The notes under the pieces: model-generated
The model's database searches: none
The model's input: the letters and a program-made list of their open reading frames with translations, nothing else
Told to the model about the DNA's origin: nothing
Position numbers and translations under genes: made by a program
Source: an uncultured Planctomycetota bacterium
GTDB taxonomy: Bacteria; Planctomycetota; Planctomycetia; Gemmatales; Gemmataceae
DNA length: 64,000 nt
NCBI GenBank assembly: GCA_963849325.1
Contig: CAWKHF010000013.1
Location: 17,325-81,324 of the forward strand
Direction of reading: 5' to 3'
Shown here: in pieces, positions 11,360-21,462 of the stretch
Layout: each line of letters begins with the position of its first letter
Numbering within the stretch: position 1 is the stretch's first letter

Positions 11360-12031
11360 ATGCCGCCGGATGAAATCGTCAGCTTCCTCTTTCGCCATCC
11401 CGTCAGCGCCGGTACGCATCTGCTCTGGTGTGTGCTGGGCATATACATCACGGGCCTGCTGTGGCGGCTCAGTCGCGGCGATCGGCTGCGCCAGCTGAGC
11501 ACCGGGGCGTTTGGCCTGAGCATGGTCCTGCTCTACGGCGCCAGCGCCGCCTACCACGCCGTTCCCGGCCAGGAGCCGCTGCTGCCCTACCTCCGCAAGC
11601 TCGATCATAGCGCCATCTACGTTCTGATCGCCGGCACCTACACGCCGGTGTTCGCCGTCCTTCTGAGCGGCCGACTGCGCCTCGTCTTGCTGGCGCTGGT
11701 GTGGGGACTGGCCGGCGTGGGCATCGCGGCCAAGTGGCTGCTGCCGTGGCCGCCATACGGGCTGACGGTGTCCCTGTACGTCGCCATCGGCTGGATCGGC
11801 TTGGTGCCGGCCTGGCAGCTCGTCCGCGCCGTCGGTGTGCCCGCCATGCTCTGGGGTTTGCTCGGCGGCGTTCTCTACACCTTCGGCGGCATTTGCGATG
11901 CGGCCCAATGGCCGATCCTGCTTCCCGGCGTCATTGGCTATCATGAAGTGCTGCACCTGGCCGACATGGGCGGCACCCTCGTCCACGTCTTCTTCATCGT
12001 TCGCTACGTCCTGCCGTTCCAGCGCTCGTAG
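11360..12031 (+). CDS. Hemolysin III / PAQR family membrane protein
   Basis: Multiple TM helices; SAGTH, ASAAYH, LDHSAIYVLIAGTYTP and GYHEVLH motifs. Confidence 0.92.
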   Translation: MPPDEIVSFLFRHPVSAGTHLLWCVLGIYITGLLWRLSRGDRLRQLSTGAFGLSMVLLYGASAAYHAVPGQEPLLPYLRKLDHSAIYVLIAGTYTPVFAVLLSGRLRLVLLALVWGLAGVGIAAKWLLPWPPYGLTVSLYVAIGWIGLVPAWQLVRAVGVPAMLWGLLGGVLYTFGGICDAAQWPILLPGVIGYHEVLHLADMGGTLVHVFFIVRYVLPFQRS

Positions 12032-12049
12032 AGCGAAAACGCGAACCGA

Positions 12050-12104
12050 GTAGGTGCCGCGAGCCGAGCGGCACTCGTCGTCCGGCTCGGCTCACCGGAC
12101 CTAC
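12050..12104. repeat. GTAG-type REP-like palindrome
   Basis: Starts GTAGGT, ends ACCTAC, with internal GAGCCGAGC/GCTCGGCTC inverted repeat. Confidence 0.6.
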
Positions 12105-12172
12105 CCGGTTGGCTCCGCCGACCACCGGAAACCGCTCACTCACCCACCCGAAAAAATTATCACATTTTCTCA

Positions 12173-12200
12173 TTGACGGGCGGCGTCGGCGCGTTAAATT
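12173..12200 (+). promoter_or_regulatory. Candidate sigma70 promoter for the 12299 gene
   Basis: TTGACG (12173-78), 16 nt, TAAATT (12195-200), with an AT-rich upstream tract. Confidence 0.4.
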
Positions 12201-12298
12201 GATGCGCGCATCGGCTGGGCCTTCGTTACTCGCTGCTCTGTCCTCTTCACGGAGCGCGAAGGTCGCCGAGAGAGCCATCTCAACAAGGAGTGTGCGGC

Positions 12299-14200
12299 AT
12301 GTTTCACTGGACTCGGATGCTGCGGAAGCTGTTCACTGCTCCCTCCCTGAACAAAAAGCCATTAAAGCGATCTCCATTTAGATCACTGGCTGAGCGGCCG
12401 AAATCGCGCCGCACCAATCCGACGGTGAAACCGAGTTTGGAGAGCTTGACAGATCGAATTTAGCCGTCGGCTTCGTCTTTGGCCCTGGCGTTGCCGCCGA
12501 CTTCCCCCGCGATGGCGACCCATGCCGCGCCTCCTGTCCTGCCTCTCGTTGCGGATGCGGCACCGCACACAGCCTCGACGATGGGGCCGTGGAGCCATCG
12601 GACGGCGATCCTGAATACGCTCGATACCGCCACAAAACTGCCGGGCAGCGGTTCGGGCAGCGGCAGCGGCGCCCCGACGACGGCCCACAACGCCGTCGGA
12701 CATCCCGTCCCCCTCGCCACCGCGCATTCCGGCAGCGGTTCGGGCAGCGGCGCGACGACGACGGTTCACGAAGCGGCCTCTGCTCAAACGTCTGGCTCGA
12801 ACGCCTCCAAGGGCGGGATGATGACGATGGCCGGCAGTAGTGGCTCCTCTGGAAGCAGTGGCTCCTCCGGCAGCATCGGTTCCATCGGATCGGCCAGCGT
12901 CAGCGGTTGGGTGTGGCTGGACAACAACGGGGATGGCAGCGTGGACGAAGACGAACAGGGTTACCAGGGGGTCATTGTTTACCTTGAGTCCGCTTCGACG
13001 GGACAGGTACTAGCGTCCGCGACAACCGACGACGCCGGCGACTACACGATGGGTGGTATCGCTCCGAATGCTGAGGGTGGGTATCAAATCCAGGTCGTCT
13101 TCCCGCCGGCGTTTCAGGCTACGAAGGAGGGCGCCGACAGCGACATCGACGCCGATGGCTACTCCCCTGTGTTCGCCTTGGCCTCCCGAGAAGCGTTCAA
13201 CGCCGGGTGGGCTGGGATAGATTCGATGCAGGTCACCACGACCCAAGATGACGCCAACGGCGCCATTCCAGATAAGGTGACGCTGCGGGATGCCATCAGG
13301 GTAGGGAACAATGATGGCGGCCCTGCGGTCACGTTTGCAGCGAATGTAAGCGGAACGATCTCTCTGCAGGCCGTGCTTGATCCCATCAAGGCGAGTTATG
13401 ATATCGATGGGCCAGGAGCCTCCACTCTCACCGTCCAGGGTAACGGCAACGCCGGCAATCCTTACCGGATTTTCACCATCGATGCCAACGTCGCTACGGT
13501 GATCGACAACCTCACGCTCATGGGAGGCTACTCGGATAGAACGGGGGGCGGCGCGATCTATAACAACGGCACCCTGACCCTTGTATCCGACGTGATCCAG
13601 AACAATTTTTCGTCGCAGGACGGCGGGGGCGTCTACAACGACTTGAACGCCACCCTGGACTTGAACAACGTCGTCATCCGGGACAACAACGCCTGGATGA
13701 ACGGGGGCGGGATTGAAAACCGCGGCACTCTCAACCAAGACGGGGGCAATACAAGAATCTTCTCCAACTGGGCCATGGGCGGGAGCGGGGGCGGTATCTA
13801 CAACTCCGGCCAGGTGAATTTCGAGAACTCCAGCAGCATGTCCAACGTGTACATCGGAAACAACACCGCGGCCGACTTCGGCGGGGGCGTCTCCAACTCA
13901 GTCTTCGGCACTTTCCAGATGGGCTACGTTGGCTCCATCGCCAACAACAGTGCCCAGCAGGGCGGCGGGATGTACAACTTTGGGACGGCGACGCTGGACG
14001 ACGGCATGACGGTATCGGGGAACCAGGCGAACGACGGCGGAGGCATGTACCTCGAAGCTGGCTCGACGACCACCCTCACCGCGATGACCATCCAAAACAA
14101 CGTCCTGAACCCCGGTGGGATGGGGAAAGGCATCTACCAGGCCAACGGGGCCACCCTAAACAAAGATCCGAGCGTCGTTGACCCGGACGATGCGAACTGA
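12299..14200 (+). CDS. Planctomycete secreted protein: basic leader + LExLxDR motif, SG-rich linker, SdrD-B-like domain, CSLREA-like segment and GGAIYN beta-helix repeats; in-frame TAG at 12461
   Basis: AAGGAG SD then ATG 12299 (MFHWTRMLRK...KPSLESLTDRI*PSASS), in frame with ORF 12479..14200. SGWVWLDNNGDG, VTTTQD..TLRDAI and repeated GGGIYN/GGGVYN. Confidence 0.75.
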
Positions 14201-14403
14201 TTTGTGCAGGCGCGAGCTGGAAGGTTCTTCCGGCTCGCGCCTCGTCTCTCACCCCTCGACGGCGCGATGACGAGTTGCCTCCGCCTCGAGCGGTCGGCAC
14301 CAGAGGAATTTGCAACGGTCCTGCCCGAGATCTCTAATCCTTCAGGCCGATGGCTTTCGCATGTTGGGGGATGCGGTTTGAGGCATCATTTGAGGAGAAT
14401 ACT

Positions 14404-15768
14404 ATGAGAAGTATAGTTGCTGTTTTGGGAGAGATGCTGCTGGCTTCCGCCATCTTGGCTGCCCCCGCCCCCCGGCCTTTCGGGTCGGATTGGGGCAAGC
14501 TTTCGGACCCGGACAAGAACTGTAAGTTCATTCGTGGCAGGGATTCGCTGACCATCGAGATGCCCGGAGCAGACCACGACTTCGACCTCCGCCGTGATCG
14601 TCTCAACGCCCCCTGCCTCCTCCGCGAAATCGAAGGAGATTTCGTCATGCAGGTCCGGGTCCGGATTGATTGTCGCCCGTCGGCCGAATCGACCGTCACG
14701 GGACAGCCCCCGTCGGTGTCGGGCGGCTTCCTGATCGTCCTGCCCGCAAACGCCTGTATCCGGCTGGAGTACGGCGTCCGTTCGCAAGGGCCGGGGACGA
14801 AGGGCTACATAGCCCTGAAGGAGCGCGACGTGCTGGGTGGACAGATGAACTGCGTCGGGGACGAGCGTTGGAAAGGCTGGCCGTTGGGAGCCAAGGCTGA
14901 GAATGCCTACCTGCGGTTGGAACGGCGGGGCCACATACTCTACTTCTCCCTCGGCCCGGACGGCGAGAAGTGGACATCGCTGACCGGCCATCTAACGAAG
15001 GAGATACCCGCAAAGCTCAAGATCGGCCTGGCCGCCTACTCGACCTTATCCGAGCCGTCCAAGGCCCGGTTTGATGAATTCAAACTCACCCAAGGAGAGA
15101 AAGCCGACCACGGCCCCCAACCTCTTGGGGAGGATTGGGATAAGCCTTTGGATCCGGACAAGGACTGTAAGTTCCTACGCGATCGAGATTCCCTAACCAT
15201 CGAGATGCCCGGCAGCGATCACGATTTTGACATCCGCCGCGGTCGTCTCAACGCCCCTCGCCTCCTCCGCGAAATCGAAGGGGATTTCGTCATGCGCGTC
15301 CGGGTCCGACTTGAGTGCAGCCCAACGTCCGAATCAACCATCGTAGGAGAGCCCACGTCGGCGTCGGGCGGCTTCCTGATCGTCCTGTCCGAGAACGCCT
15401 GCATCCGCCTGGAGTACGGTATCCGCCCGCGATGGGTCAAGGCGAAGGGTTACGCCGCTCTGATAGATTGCCAACCCCCGGCCCGGAAGGGGCAGATAGA
15501 CGGCAAGTGGGACGAGCGTTGGAAACACTGGCCGTTGACGGCCAAGGCCGAGCATGCCTACCTGCGGCTGGAGCGACGAGGTAAAGTGCTGTACCCTGCC
15601 ATTAGTCCAGACGGCGATAAGTGGGAGCCCTTGATCGGCAGCTACTGGTATGAGGATCTGCCCGAGAAACTCAAGGTCGGTCTGGCCGCCTTCTCGACCT
15701 CAACCAAGCCATCCAAAGCCCGGTTTGATGAGTTCAAGCTCACCCAAGGAAAGAAGCAGGGGCGCTAA
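14404..15768 (+). CDS. Secreted protein with two tandem ConA-like (DUF1349-like) domains
   Basis: Signal peptide; two ~210-aa repeats (DPDKxCKF..LNAPxLLREIEGDF..YLRLERRG..SPDGxKW..KxGLAA..ARFDEFKLT). Confidence 0.75.
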   Translation: MRSIVAVLGEMLLASAILAAPAPRPFGSDWGKLSDPDKNCKFIRGRDSLTIEMPGADHDFDLRRDRLNAPCLLREIEGDFVMQVRVRIDCRPSAESTVTGQPPSVSGGFLIVLPANACIRLEYGVRSQGPGTKGYIALKERDVLGGQMNCVGDERWKGWPLGAKAENAYLRLERRGHILYFSLGPDGEKWTSLTGHLTKEIPAKLKIGLAAYSTLSEPSKARFDEFKLTQGEKADHGPQPLGEDWDKPLDPDKDCKFLRDRDSLTIEMPGSDHDFDIRRGRLNAPRLLREIEGDFVMRVRVRLECSPTSESTIVGEPTSASGGFLIVLSENACIRLEYGIRPRWVKAKGYAALIDCQPPARKGQIDGKWDERWKHWPLTAKAEHAYLRLERRGKVLYPAISPDGDKWEPLIGSYWYEDLPEKLKVGLAAFSTSTKPSKARFDEFKLTQGKKQGR

Positions 15769-15812
15769 CAGAGAACCAACGCTCCTTCACCGCTATTTCA
15801 CAAGCTTCACCC

Positions 15813-17144
15813 ATGCAGCGATCCATCCTGACGCGATTCATTTTCCCCGCCCTCCCTGGAGTCCTGCTGTGTTTGCTCGTGACTTTTACCCTAACCGCGT
15901 CTCAGGGGAGCGTCGAAGAGGCTTCCGGCAAAACCATCGACAAACTCGTCGCGGAACTCGGCAGCGACCGATTTGAGACTCGCGAGGCGGCAACGCGCGC
16001 GCTGAAGGAACGAGTGGAAGCGATCCCCGCGCTACGCAAAGCTCGGCGGTCGGCCGATCTCGAGGTTCGGCGTCGTGTGAAAGATATTTTGAAGGATCTG
16101 GAGCCAAGACGAGCGTTACAGAGCGTCCGCAAGGCCAAGGCACTCGGCCAAGCCGGGCGGGCCGTGGAGGCGGCCGACCGACTTGCCTTCGCGGCAGAAT
16201 GCGATGTCGCCGGAGACGAGGGCTGGGACGGCCTGTCGCAACTCGCCGATCGGGTGATTAAATGCGCAAATCCCCAATTTTCATCCCGTTGCGGAATTTA
16301 CCCCCATCAAGGATACCCCATAGGAGAATTTCGTCGCTACGCCAAGCTGAATAACCCCAAGGAGATCGCGGCACGTACGGTCGAGATTGACCTGGGAGGC
16401 ATTCCGAGTATGATTGCCCCGAAGGACGTAAAAGTGATAGCCTCGCGCGCTTTAATCGCCAATACAGGGGGCAGACTTCTTCTCCGTGGCAAAAAAGTAT
16501 CGTTCACAACGCACGGCAACCCCGAGTTTATGTGCGGCGGCATGATTGCATCCTCGGGGGACGTCCAAATCCATGGCGCGCATTGCAGCGTCATTGTCGC
16601 GGGAGGAAACATAAAAAATGCCACTAATCTGATAAACTGCGTCCTTATCTGTGATGGCGACGTGGAATTCTTGAGTAAAGGAGTGGCGATTAATACGTCG
16701 ATCATCGTGGCGCGCGGGAAAGTCACCTGCAAAGGGGACGAAATCAGGAACTGCCTTATTCGCAGCGGCCACACGCTGCATTTGCCCAACTGGCCTCTCT
16801 CTCACGCAAAAACGATTGACCTAAACGACGGCACACCTAATCCGCTCGCCTTCGTGAAGTTTTTTGAACTCGCCGACGTGGGACTCGCTGCCGAGGATCT
16901 CGTTCGTCGCGAGAATTCGGGGGCCGAGGGCGTGCGACTCCAGGCCGTGGGCAAGGAATCACCGTTCGCCGCCGGATTGCACGCCGGCGATGTGATAACC
17001 GCGATCGAGGAGGAAAAGACGCCAACTACCGAAATCTTCCGCAGAGTTTTGCGGCGAAAGCTCGCCCAAGGCGGTCCCCTCCTCACCGTCACCGTGCGGC
17101 GTTCCGGGAAAACAATGGACGTGCCCCTCCCCGTGAAAGACTGA
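15813..17144 (+). CDS. Secreted protein with N-terminal HEAT-like hairpin, central beta-solenoid-like region and C-terminal PDZ domain
   Basis: LGSDRFETREAATRAL (HEAT-like); SPFAAGLHAGDVITAI...VTVRRSGK (PDZ). Confidence 0.7.
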   Translation: MQRSILTRFIFPALPGVLLCLLVTFTLTASQGSVEEASGKTIDKLVAELGSDRFETREAATRALKERVEAIPALRKARRSADLEVRRRVKDILKDLEPRRALQSVRKAKALGQAGRAVEAADRLAFAAECDVAGDEGWDGLSQLADRVIKCANPQFSSRCGIYPHQGYPIGEFRRYAKLNNPKEIAARTVEIDLGGIPSMIAPKDVKVIASRALIANTGGRLLLRGKKVSFTTHGNPEFMCGGMIASSGDVQIHGAHCSVIVAGGNIKNATNLINCVLICDGDVEFLSKGVAINTSIIVARGKVTCKGDEIRNCLIRSGHTLHLPNWPLSHAKTIDLNDGTPNPLAFVKFFELADVGLAAEDLVRRENSGAEGVRLQAVGKESPFAAGLHAGDVITAIEEEKTPTTEIFRRVLRRKLAQGGPLLTVTVRRSGKTMDVPLPVKD

Positions 17145-17150
17145 GAGCCA

Positions 17151-17213
17151 GGCGAACGGCCGGCGTCAGCCGGCTGGTGGGAGGAACCAGCCGGCTGACG
17201 CCGGCCGTTCGCC
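17151..17213. repeat. Perfect 28-bp inverted repeat (REP-like or terminator-like hairpin)
   Basis: GGCGAACGGCCGGCGTCAGCCGGCTGGT-GGGAGGA-reverse complement. Confidence 0.85.
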
Positions 17214-17236
17214 ACGAAATCTAACCAGACACTCCC

Positions 17237-19186
17237 ATGCCTCCCAAGTCGTCGCGTTGTGTCATCCTCGTGCCGGTCGAGCGTGCCATCGACCCCGGCT
17301 GCGAGGACGGCCTGCGCGAACTGGAGCGACGCGGTTATCCCGTATGGCGCGTGCATGGCTACTCCGCCATCGACGCCGCGCGCAACCAGTTGGCCAACGA
17401 CGCCCTCGCCCAGGGCTTCGACGAACTCATGTGGATCGACGCCGACATCGTTTTCGATCCCGACGACGTCGAGGAGCTGCGCCGGCACGACCTGCCGTTG
17501 GTGTGCGGACTCTACCCCAAGCAATCGTGCCGCCAATTCGCTTGCTCCTTCCTCCCTCCGACGCGCCAGGTCTTGCTCGGGACCAGGGGCGATCTGATCG
17601 AGATCCTCTACTGCGGCTTCGGCTTCGTCCTCACTCGCCGCGTGCTGTACGAGACCATGCAGCGGCAGCTGGAGCTGCCCACGTGCAACCAGCGTTTCCA
17701 GACGCCGCTGGTGCCGTACTTCACACCGCTGATCGCCGGCGAAGGCGAACAAGCGTGGCTGCTGAGCGAAGATTATTCGTTCTGCGAACGCGCCCGCCGC
17801 TGCGGCTTTCGCGTCATGGCCGACACGACCCTGCGCCTGTGGCACGTCGGACCCTATCGCTACGGCTGGGAAGACGCCGGCCGCGACGCCGAACGCTTCA
17901 CCGATTACACCTTTCACGTCAGCGATCCCGAGATGCCGGCCGCGCCAACTCAGGGGGCTGACGCCCCCCGCTCCGAGGACCGACCGACGCGAAACACCTT
18001 GCACGAGACCGTCGCAGCGCTGCCGGCTTCGTTTCCCCGCTTCCGCGCCTATTTCGTCAGCTACCCCGCCAATCACGCAAGCCTGCAGAAAACCCTGGCC
18101 TCCTTTCGCGCCAGCGATTGGGGCGAGGAGCCGGTCGTCTTCATGCAGCCGGAGGACTGGCCGCTCGGCATGGCCTCCTCCTCACGCAATTACCAACGCG
18201 CCCTCGAACACGCCGCGGCGGACGGCTGTGACTTTGCCGTGCTCCTGGAAGACGACGTGCGCGTTAACCGTTATTTGCGTGCCAATCTGCGGGCCATCCC
18301 CCTGCTGCGCCGCGACCAGTGCGATTATTTCAGCTTGTTCATGCCCGATTTAATTGCCTCGCCGTGGGAGCGACAGGAAGAGCACCTGGGCTACCGCCTG
18401 GCCCGGCCGCTGTACCACGGTCCCGACCGCATCTGGACGAAATACCGTCTGTGGGGAGCGCAGGGATACGTGTTATCGCGGCGCTTCATTCGGGAGGCGT
18501 TGGAACATTGGGATGGCTTGAAGGGAGGAAAAGACGGCCGCGTGCTTACGATCTGCCGGCGGCGTCAATTGCCGTTGTGGTATTCGGCCCCCTGCCTGGT
18601 GCAACATGCGCCGATGCGTTCGGTGTATGCGACGCCCTTCACCACCGCCGCCGATTTCCGCGAGGACTTCCGCTTTCACGTCGGTCCCGGTTTTCAGCCG
18701 CCCGAAGCGGTGCCGGGCGAATTGACCGTGGAGGAAGGCCGCTTGCTGTGGCAGTGGGCCGCGGGGCGATCCGTCCTGGAGTTGGGGACGGCGGCGGGAC
18801 GGTCTACCGTATGCTTGGCTCAGCAAGCCAAGCGGGTCATGACGGTGGACGTGCCGGACCAGGCCGAAGCGCGGGAGTGGGCGCGGCGTTACGGCGTCGC
18901 GGAGCGGGTGGTGTTTCGCCAGGGGGAGGCGGAGGCGATCTGCCGCGGCTTGGCGGAGCGTTTCGACCTGGTGTTCGTGGACACCGAACCGGAGGCGATA
19001 AGCGTGCGGCGCGACCTCGAAGCGCTGTTGCCGTTACTGGCGCCGGGCGGCCTGGTGGCCTTCCACGATTACCCGGACCCGAGCTGGCCGGACGTGCGGC
19101 GGATCGTGGACGAATACGCGGCCCGTCACCGATGGCGGCGCGTGGCCCAGGCGGATTATCTGGGAGTATTTCAAGTGGAGTCGTAA
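17237..19186 (+). CDS. Tri-domain glycosyltransferase (GT-A) / GT25-like / class I SAM methyltransferase fusion
   Basis: AARNQL..WIDADIVF..LSEDYSFC; second domain VLLEDDV..GAQGYVLS..LVQH; C-terminal VLELGTAAGRST, DLVFVD and GGLVAFHDY. Confidence 0.75.
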   Translation: MPPKSSRCVILVPVERAIDPGCEDGLRELERRGYPVWRVHGYSAIDAARNQLANDALAQGFDELMWIDADIVFDPDDVEELRRHDLPLVCGLYPKQSCRQFACSFLPPTRQVLLGTRGDLIEILYCGFGFVLTRRVLYETMQRQLELPTCNQRFQTPLVPYFTPLIAGEGEQAWLLSEDYSFCERARRCGFRVMADTTLRLWHVGPYRYGWEDAGRDAERFTDYTFHVSDPEMPAAPTQGADAPRSEDRPTRNTLHETVAALPASFPRFRAYFVSYPANHASLQKTLASFRASDWGEEPVVFMQPEDWPLGMASSSRNYQRALEHAAADGCDFAVLLEDDVRVNRYLRANLRAIPLLRRDQCDYFSLFMPDLIASPWERQEEHLGYRLARPLYHGPDRIWTKYRLWGAQGYVLSRRFIREALEHWDGLKGGKDGRVLTICRRRQLPLWYSAPCLVQHAPMRSVYATPFTTAADFREDFRFHVGPGFQPPEAVPGELTVEEGRLLWQWAAGRSVLELGTAAGRSTVCLAQQAKRVMTVDVPDQAEAREWARRYGVAERVVFRQGEAEAICRGLAERFDLVFVDTEPEAISVRRDLEALLPLLAPGGLVAFHDYPDPSWPDVRRIVDEYAARHRWRRVAQADYLGVFQVES

Positions 19187-19216
19187 GGTGGGCCTCGCAA
19201 GCTCGGCCCACCCTAC
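19183..19216. repeat. GTAG-type REP
   Basis: GTAAGGTGGGCC...GGCCCACCCTAC, overlapping the TAA stop of the upstream gene. Confidence 0.7.
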
Positions 19217-19237
19217 AAACGGAAAGGAAGGGCCGCT

Positions 19238-20476
19238 ATGAACATTATGATTCTTGGGGGCGACGGTTTCTCCGGTTGGCCAACGTCCCTGCATTTGTCC
19301 CGTCGGGGACACGACATTCTTATCCTCGACAATCTATCCCGGCGCCGCATTGATAACGAATTGGGTGTGATGTCTCTGACGCCGATTCAGCCCTTGGAGA
19401 CGCGCCTGAATGCGTGGCGTGAAGTCAGCGGCCGAACGATCGCTTTTCAGAACGTGGACGTGGCTCGCCACTATGACCGCTTGCTTGAGCTTGTGCGGGA
19501 GTACCGGCCGCACGCCATCATCCATTTCGCGGAGCAGCGGGCGGCGCCCTATTCGATGAAGTCTTCCCACCACAAACGTTACACAGTGGATAACAACATT
19601 AATGCCACTCATAACGTACTGGCGGCCATTGTCGAGAGCCGGCTCGACATTCATCTCGTCCACCTGGGCACGATGGGCGTATATGGTTACGGAACGACGG
19701 CGGGACGGATCCCCGAGGGGTATTTGCCGGTGAGCGTGGCAGCGGAGGATGGGACGCGCACAAACTTGGAAATCCTTCACCCCGCTTACCCGGGCAGCGT
19801 CTATCACATGACCAAGGCGCTCGATCAGTTGATGTTTCAGTTTTACAATGCCAATGACGGCGTTCGTATTACGGACCTTCATCAAGGGATCATTTGGGGT
19901 ACGCAGACGGAGGAAACGGCGCGGGACATCCGCCTGATCAATCGTTTCGATTATGATGGCGATTACGGCACGGTCCTGAACCGTTTTCTGATGCAAGCCG
20001 CCATTGGTCATCCTCTCACCGTGCATGGCAGCGGCGGGCAAAAGCGCGCTTTTATCCACATTCAAGATACCGTTCGTTGCCTGGAACTGGCGGTCCACAA
20101 TCCCCCCGCCACGGGCGAGAAGGTGCGAATTCTCAATCAGATGACCGAGATCCACCGCGTCGGCGACCTGGCCCGAATCGTCGCCGATCAAACCGGGGCG
20201 GAGGTTCGCTTTCTGGAAAACCCTCGCAAGGAGGCGGCCTCGAACGACCTCGATGTTTCCAACGCGACCTTGCTGCGTTTCGGTCTCCAACCGATCACCT
20301 TGAGCGATGGCCTGCTGCGGGAAATCACCGACATTGCTCGCGTCTATGCTGGCCGCTGTGACCGGAGCAAGATTCCGGCAACAGCGCGATGGACCCTGCC
20401 GGGAAAGTTCGGCCCGGTATCAACGGCGAAGGCCTGTGTCCCTGCCGAAACCCTTGTCCGAGCGCATCAAGAGTGA
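19238..20476 (+). CDS. sqdB: UDP-sulfoquinovose synthase
   Basis: GGDGFSGWPTSLHLS, HFAEQRAAPYSM, HLGTMGVYGYG, PGSVYHMTK, DLHQGIIWG and NRFDYDGDYGTVLNRF. Confidence 0.95.
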   Translation: MNIMILGGDGFSGWPTSLHLSRRGHDILILDNLSRRRIDNELGVMSLTPIQPLETRLNAWREVSGRTIAFQNVDVARHYDRLLELVREYRPHAIIHFAEQRAAPYSMKSSHHKRYTVDNNINATHNVLAAIVESRLDIHLVHLGTMGVYGYGTTAGRIPEGYLPVSVAAEDGTRTNLEILHPAYPGSVYHMTKALDQLMFQFYNANDGVRITDLHQGIIWGTQTEETARDIRLINRFDYDGDYGTVLNRFLMQAAIGHPLTVHGSGGQKRAFIHIQDTVRCLELAVHNPPATGEKVRILNQMTEIHRVGDLARIVADQTGAEVRFLENPRKEAASNDLDVSNATLLRFGLQPITLSDGLLREITDIARVYAGRCDRSKIPATARWTLPGKFGPVSTAKACVPAETLVRAHQE

Positions 20477-20599
20477 CGCCCCAGCCGCTTGCTAGAGGCG
20501 TGCTCGCCCAACTTCATCCCTGCTGACGCTTTTCTCCCACTTTCCATCTCTTTCTATCGCCATCTTTCGCGTAATCTGAAATTTCTTGGAAGATCCTTC

Positions 20600-20629
20600 T
20601 TGACATTCGGTTGCCATCACCCGTAAATT
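20600..20629 (+). promoter_or_regulatory. Candidate sigma70 promoter of the PVM operon
   Basis: TTGACA (20600-05), 18 nt, TAAATT (20624-29). Confidence 0.55.
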
Positions 20630-20682
20630 AGCATAAGGTGTAACAAATTGCCAGGATTCACTCATCGGAACAAGGCTGCGCC

Positions 20683-21462
20683 ATGCTGGTGGAGGAACGT
20701 CGTCAACGAGTGCTGGATCTGGTTAGTGAACGCGGGTTCATTGCGCTCACGGATCTGGCGCAGACGATCGACGTCTCCGAATCGACGCTGCGACGCGATC
20801 TCGATTACTGGCACAAGCAGGGGTTGCTGCGGCGGACGCACGGCGGAGCCATGTTCGTCGGCGACGCGGCGACGCTGCCGGCCCTGGAGGAGCGCTCGGC
20901 CAGCCAGCTCGACGAGAAGCGGACCATCGCCCGTGCCGCGGTCGCCCGCATCCAGGACGGCGAGACCATCCTGCTCGACGGCGGCACGACGACGCTGGAA
21001 GTCGCCCGGCTGCTGGTCGGCCGCTCGCTGCAGATCGTCACCAACAGTCTGCCCATCGCCAGCCTGTTCGCCTCCAGCCGCGAGACCGATCTGGTCATCC
21101 TCGGCGGCTACGTCTATCCCAAGACCGGCGTCGCCCTCGGGCCGCTGACGGTGCGCATGATGGAAGACATCCACGTCCATCAACTCGTCATGAGCGTCGG
21201 CGGCATCACCGGCAAGGGGCTGTTCAACAGCAACCTGCTGCTGGTCGAGACGGAACGGCAGATGATGCGCTGCGCCGACGAGGTGGTGGTCGTGGCCGAC
21301 CACACCAAGATCGGCCGGCAGGCGCTGGCCTTTCTGTGCGACCTGGCCGCCATCGACACGCTGATCGTGGACGCCGACCTGAGCCCGGCGCAGCGCGACA
21401 TGCTCGATCAGACGGACGTCCGGCTGCTCGTGGCCGGCGAAACGGAGAACAACCACTCATGA
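20683..21462 (+). CDS. pvmR: DeoR/GlpR family regulator of the PVM microcompartment operon
   Basis: VSESTLRRDL..RRTHGGA HTH; ILLDGGTTT and IVTNSL; heads the BMC operon. Confidence 0.9.
   Translation: MLVEERRQRVLDLVSERGFIALTDLAQTIDVSESTLRRDLDYWHKQGLLRRTHGGAMFVGDAATLPALEERSASQLDEKRTIARAAVARIQDGETILLDGGTTTLEVARLLVGRSLQIVTNSLPIASLFASSRETDLVILGGYVYPKTGVALGPLTVRMMEDIHVHQLVMSVGGITGKGLFNSNLLLVETERQMMRCADEVVVVADHTKIGRQALAFLCDLAAIDTLIVDADLSPAQRDMLDQTDVRLLVAGETENNHS

Noticed and set aside
12205-12290. Riboswitch in the leader of the 12299 gene
   Set aside because: A hairpin (GCCTTCG/CGAAGGT) is possible, but I could not match any known aptamer consensus by eye.
12461-12463. Pyrrolysine recoding of the in-frame TAG
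   Set aside because: No pyl genes in the window and the position is not catalytic; kept only as an unexplained stop.
14404-15768. Diversity-generating retroelement template/variable repeat (also considered for the yhaM duplicate)
   Set aside because: Differences are not adenine-specific, and no reverse transcriptase is present in the window.
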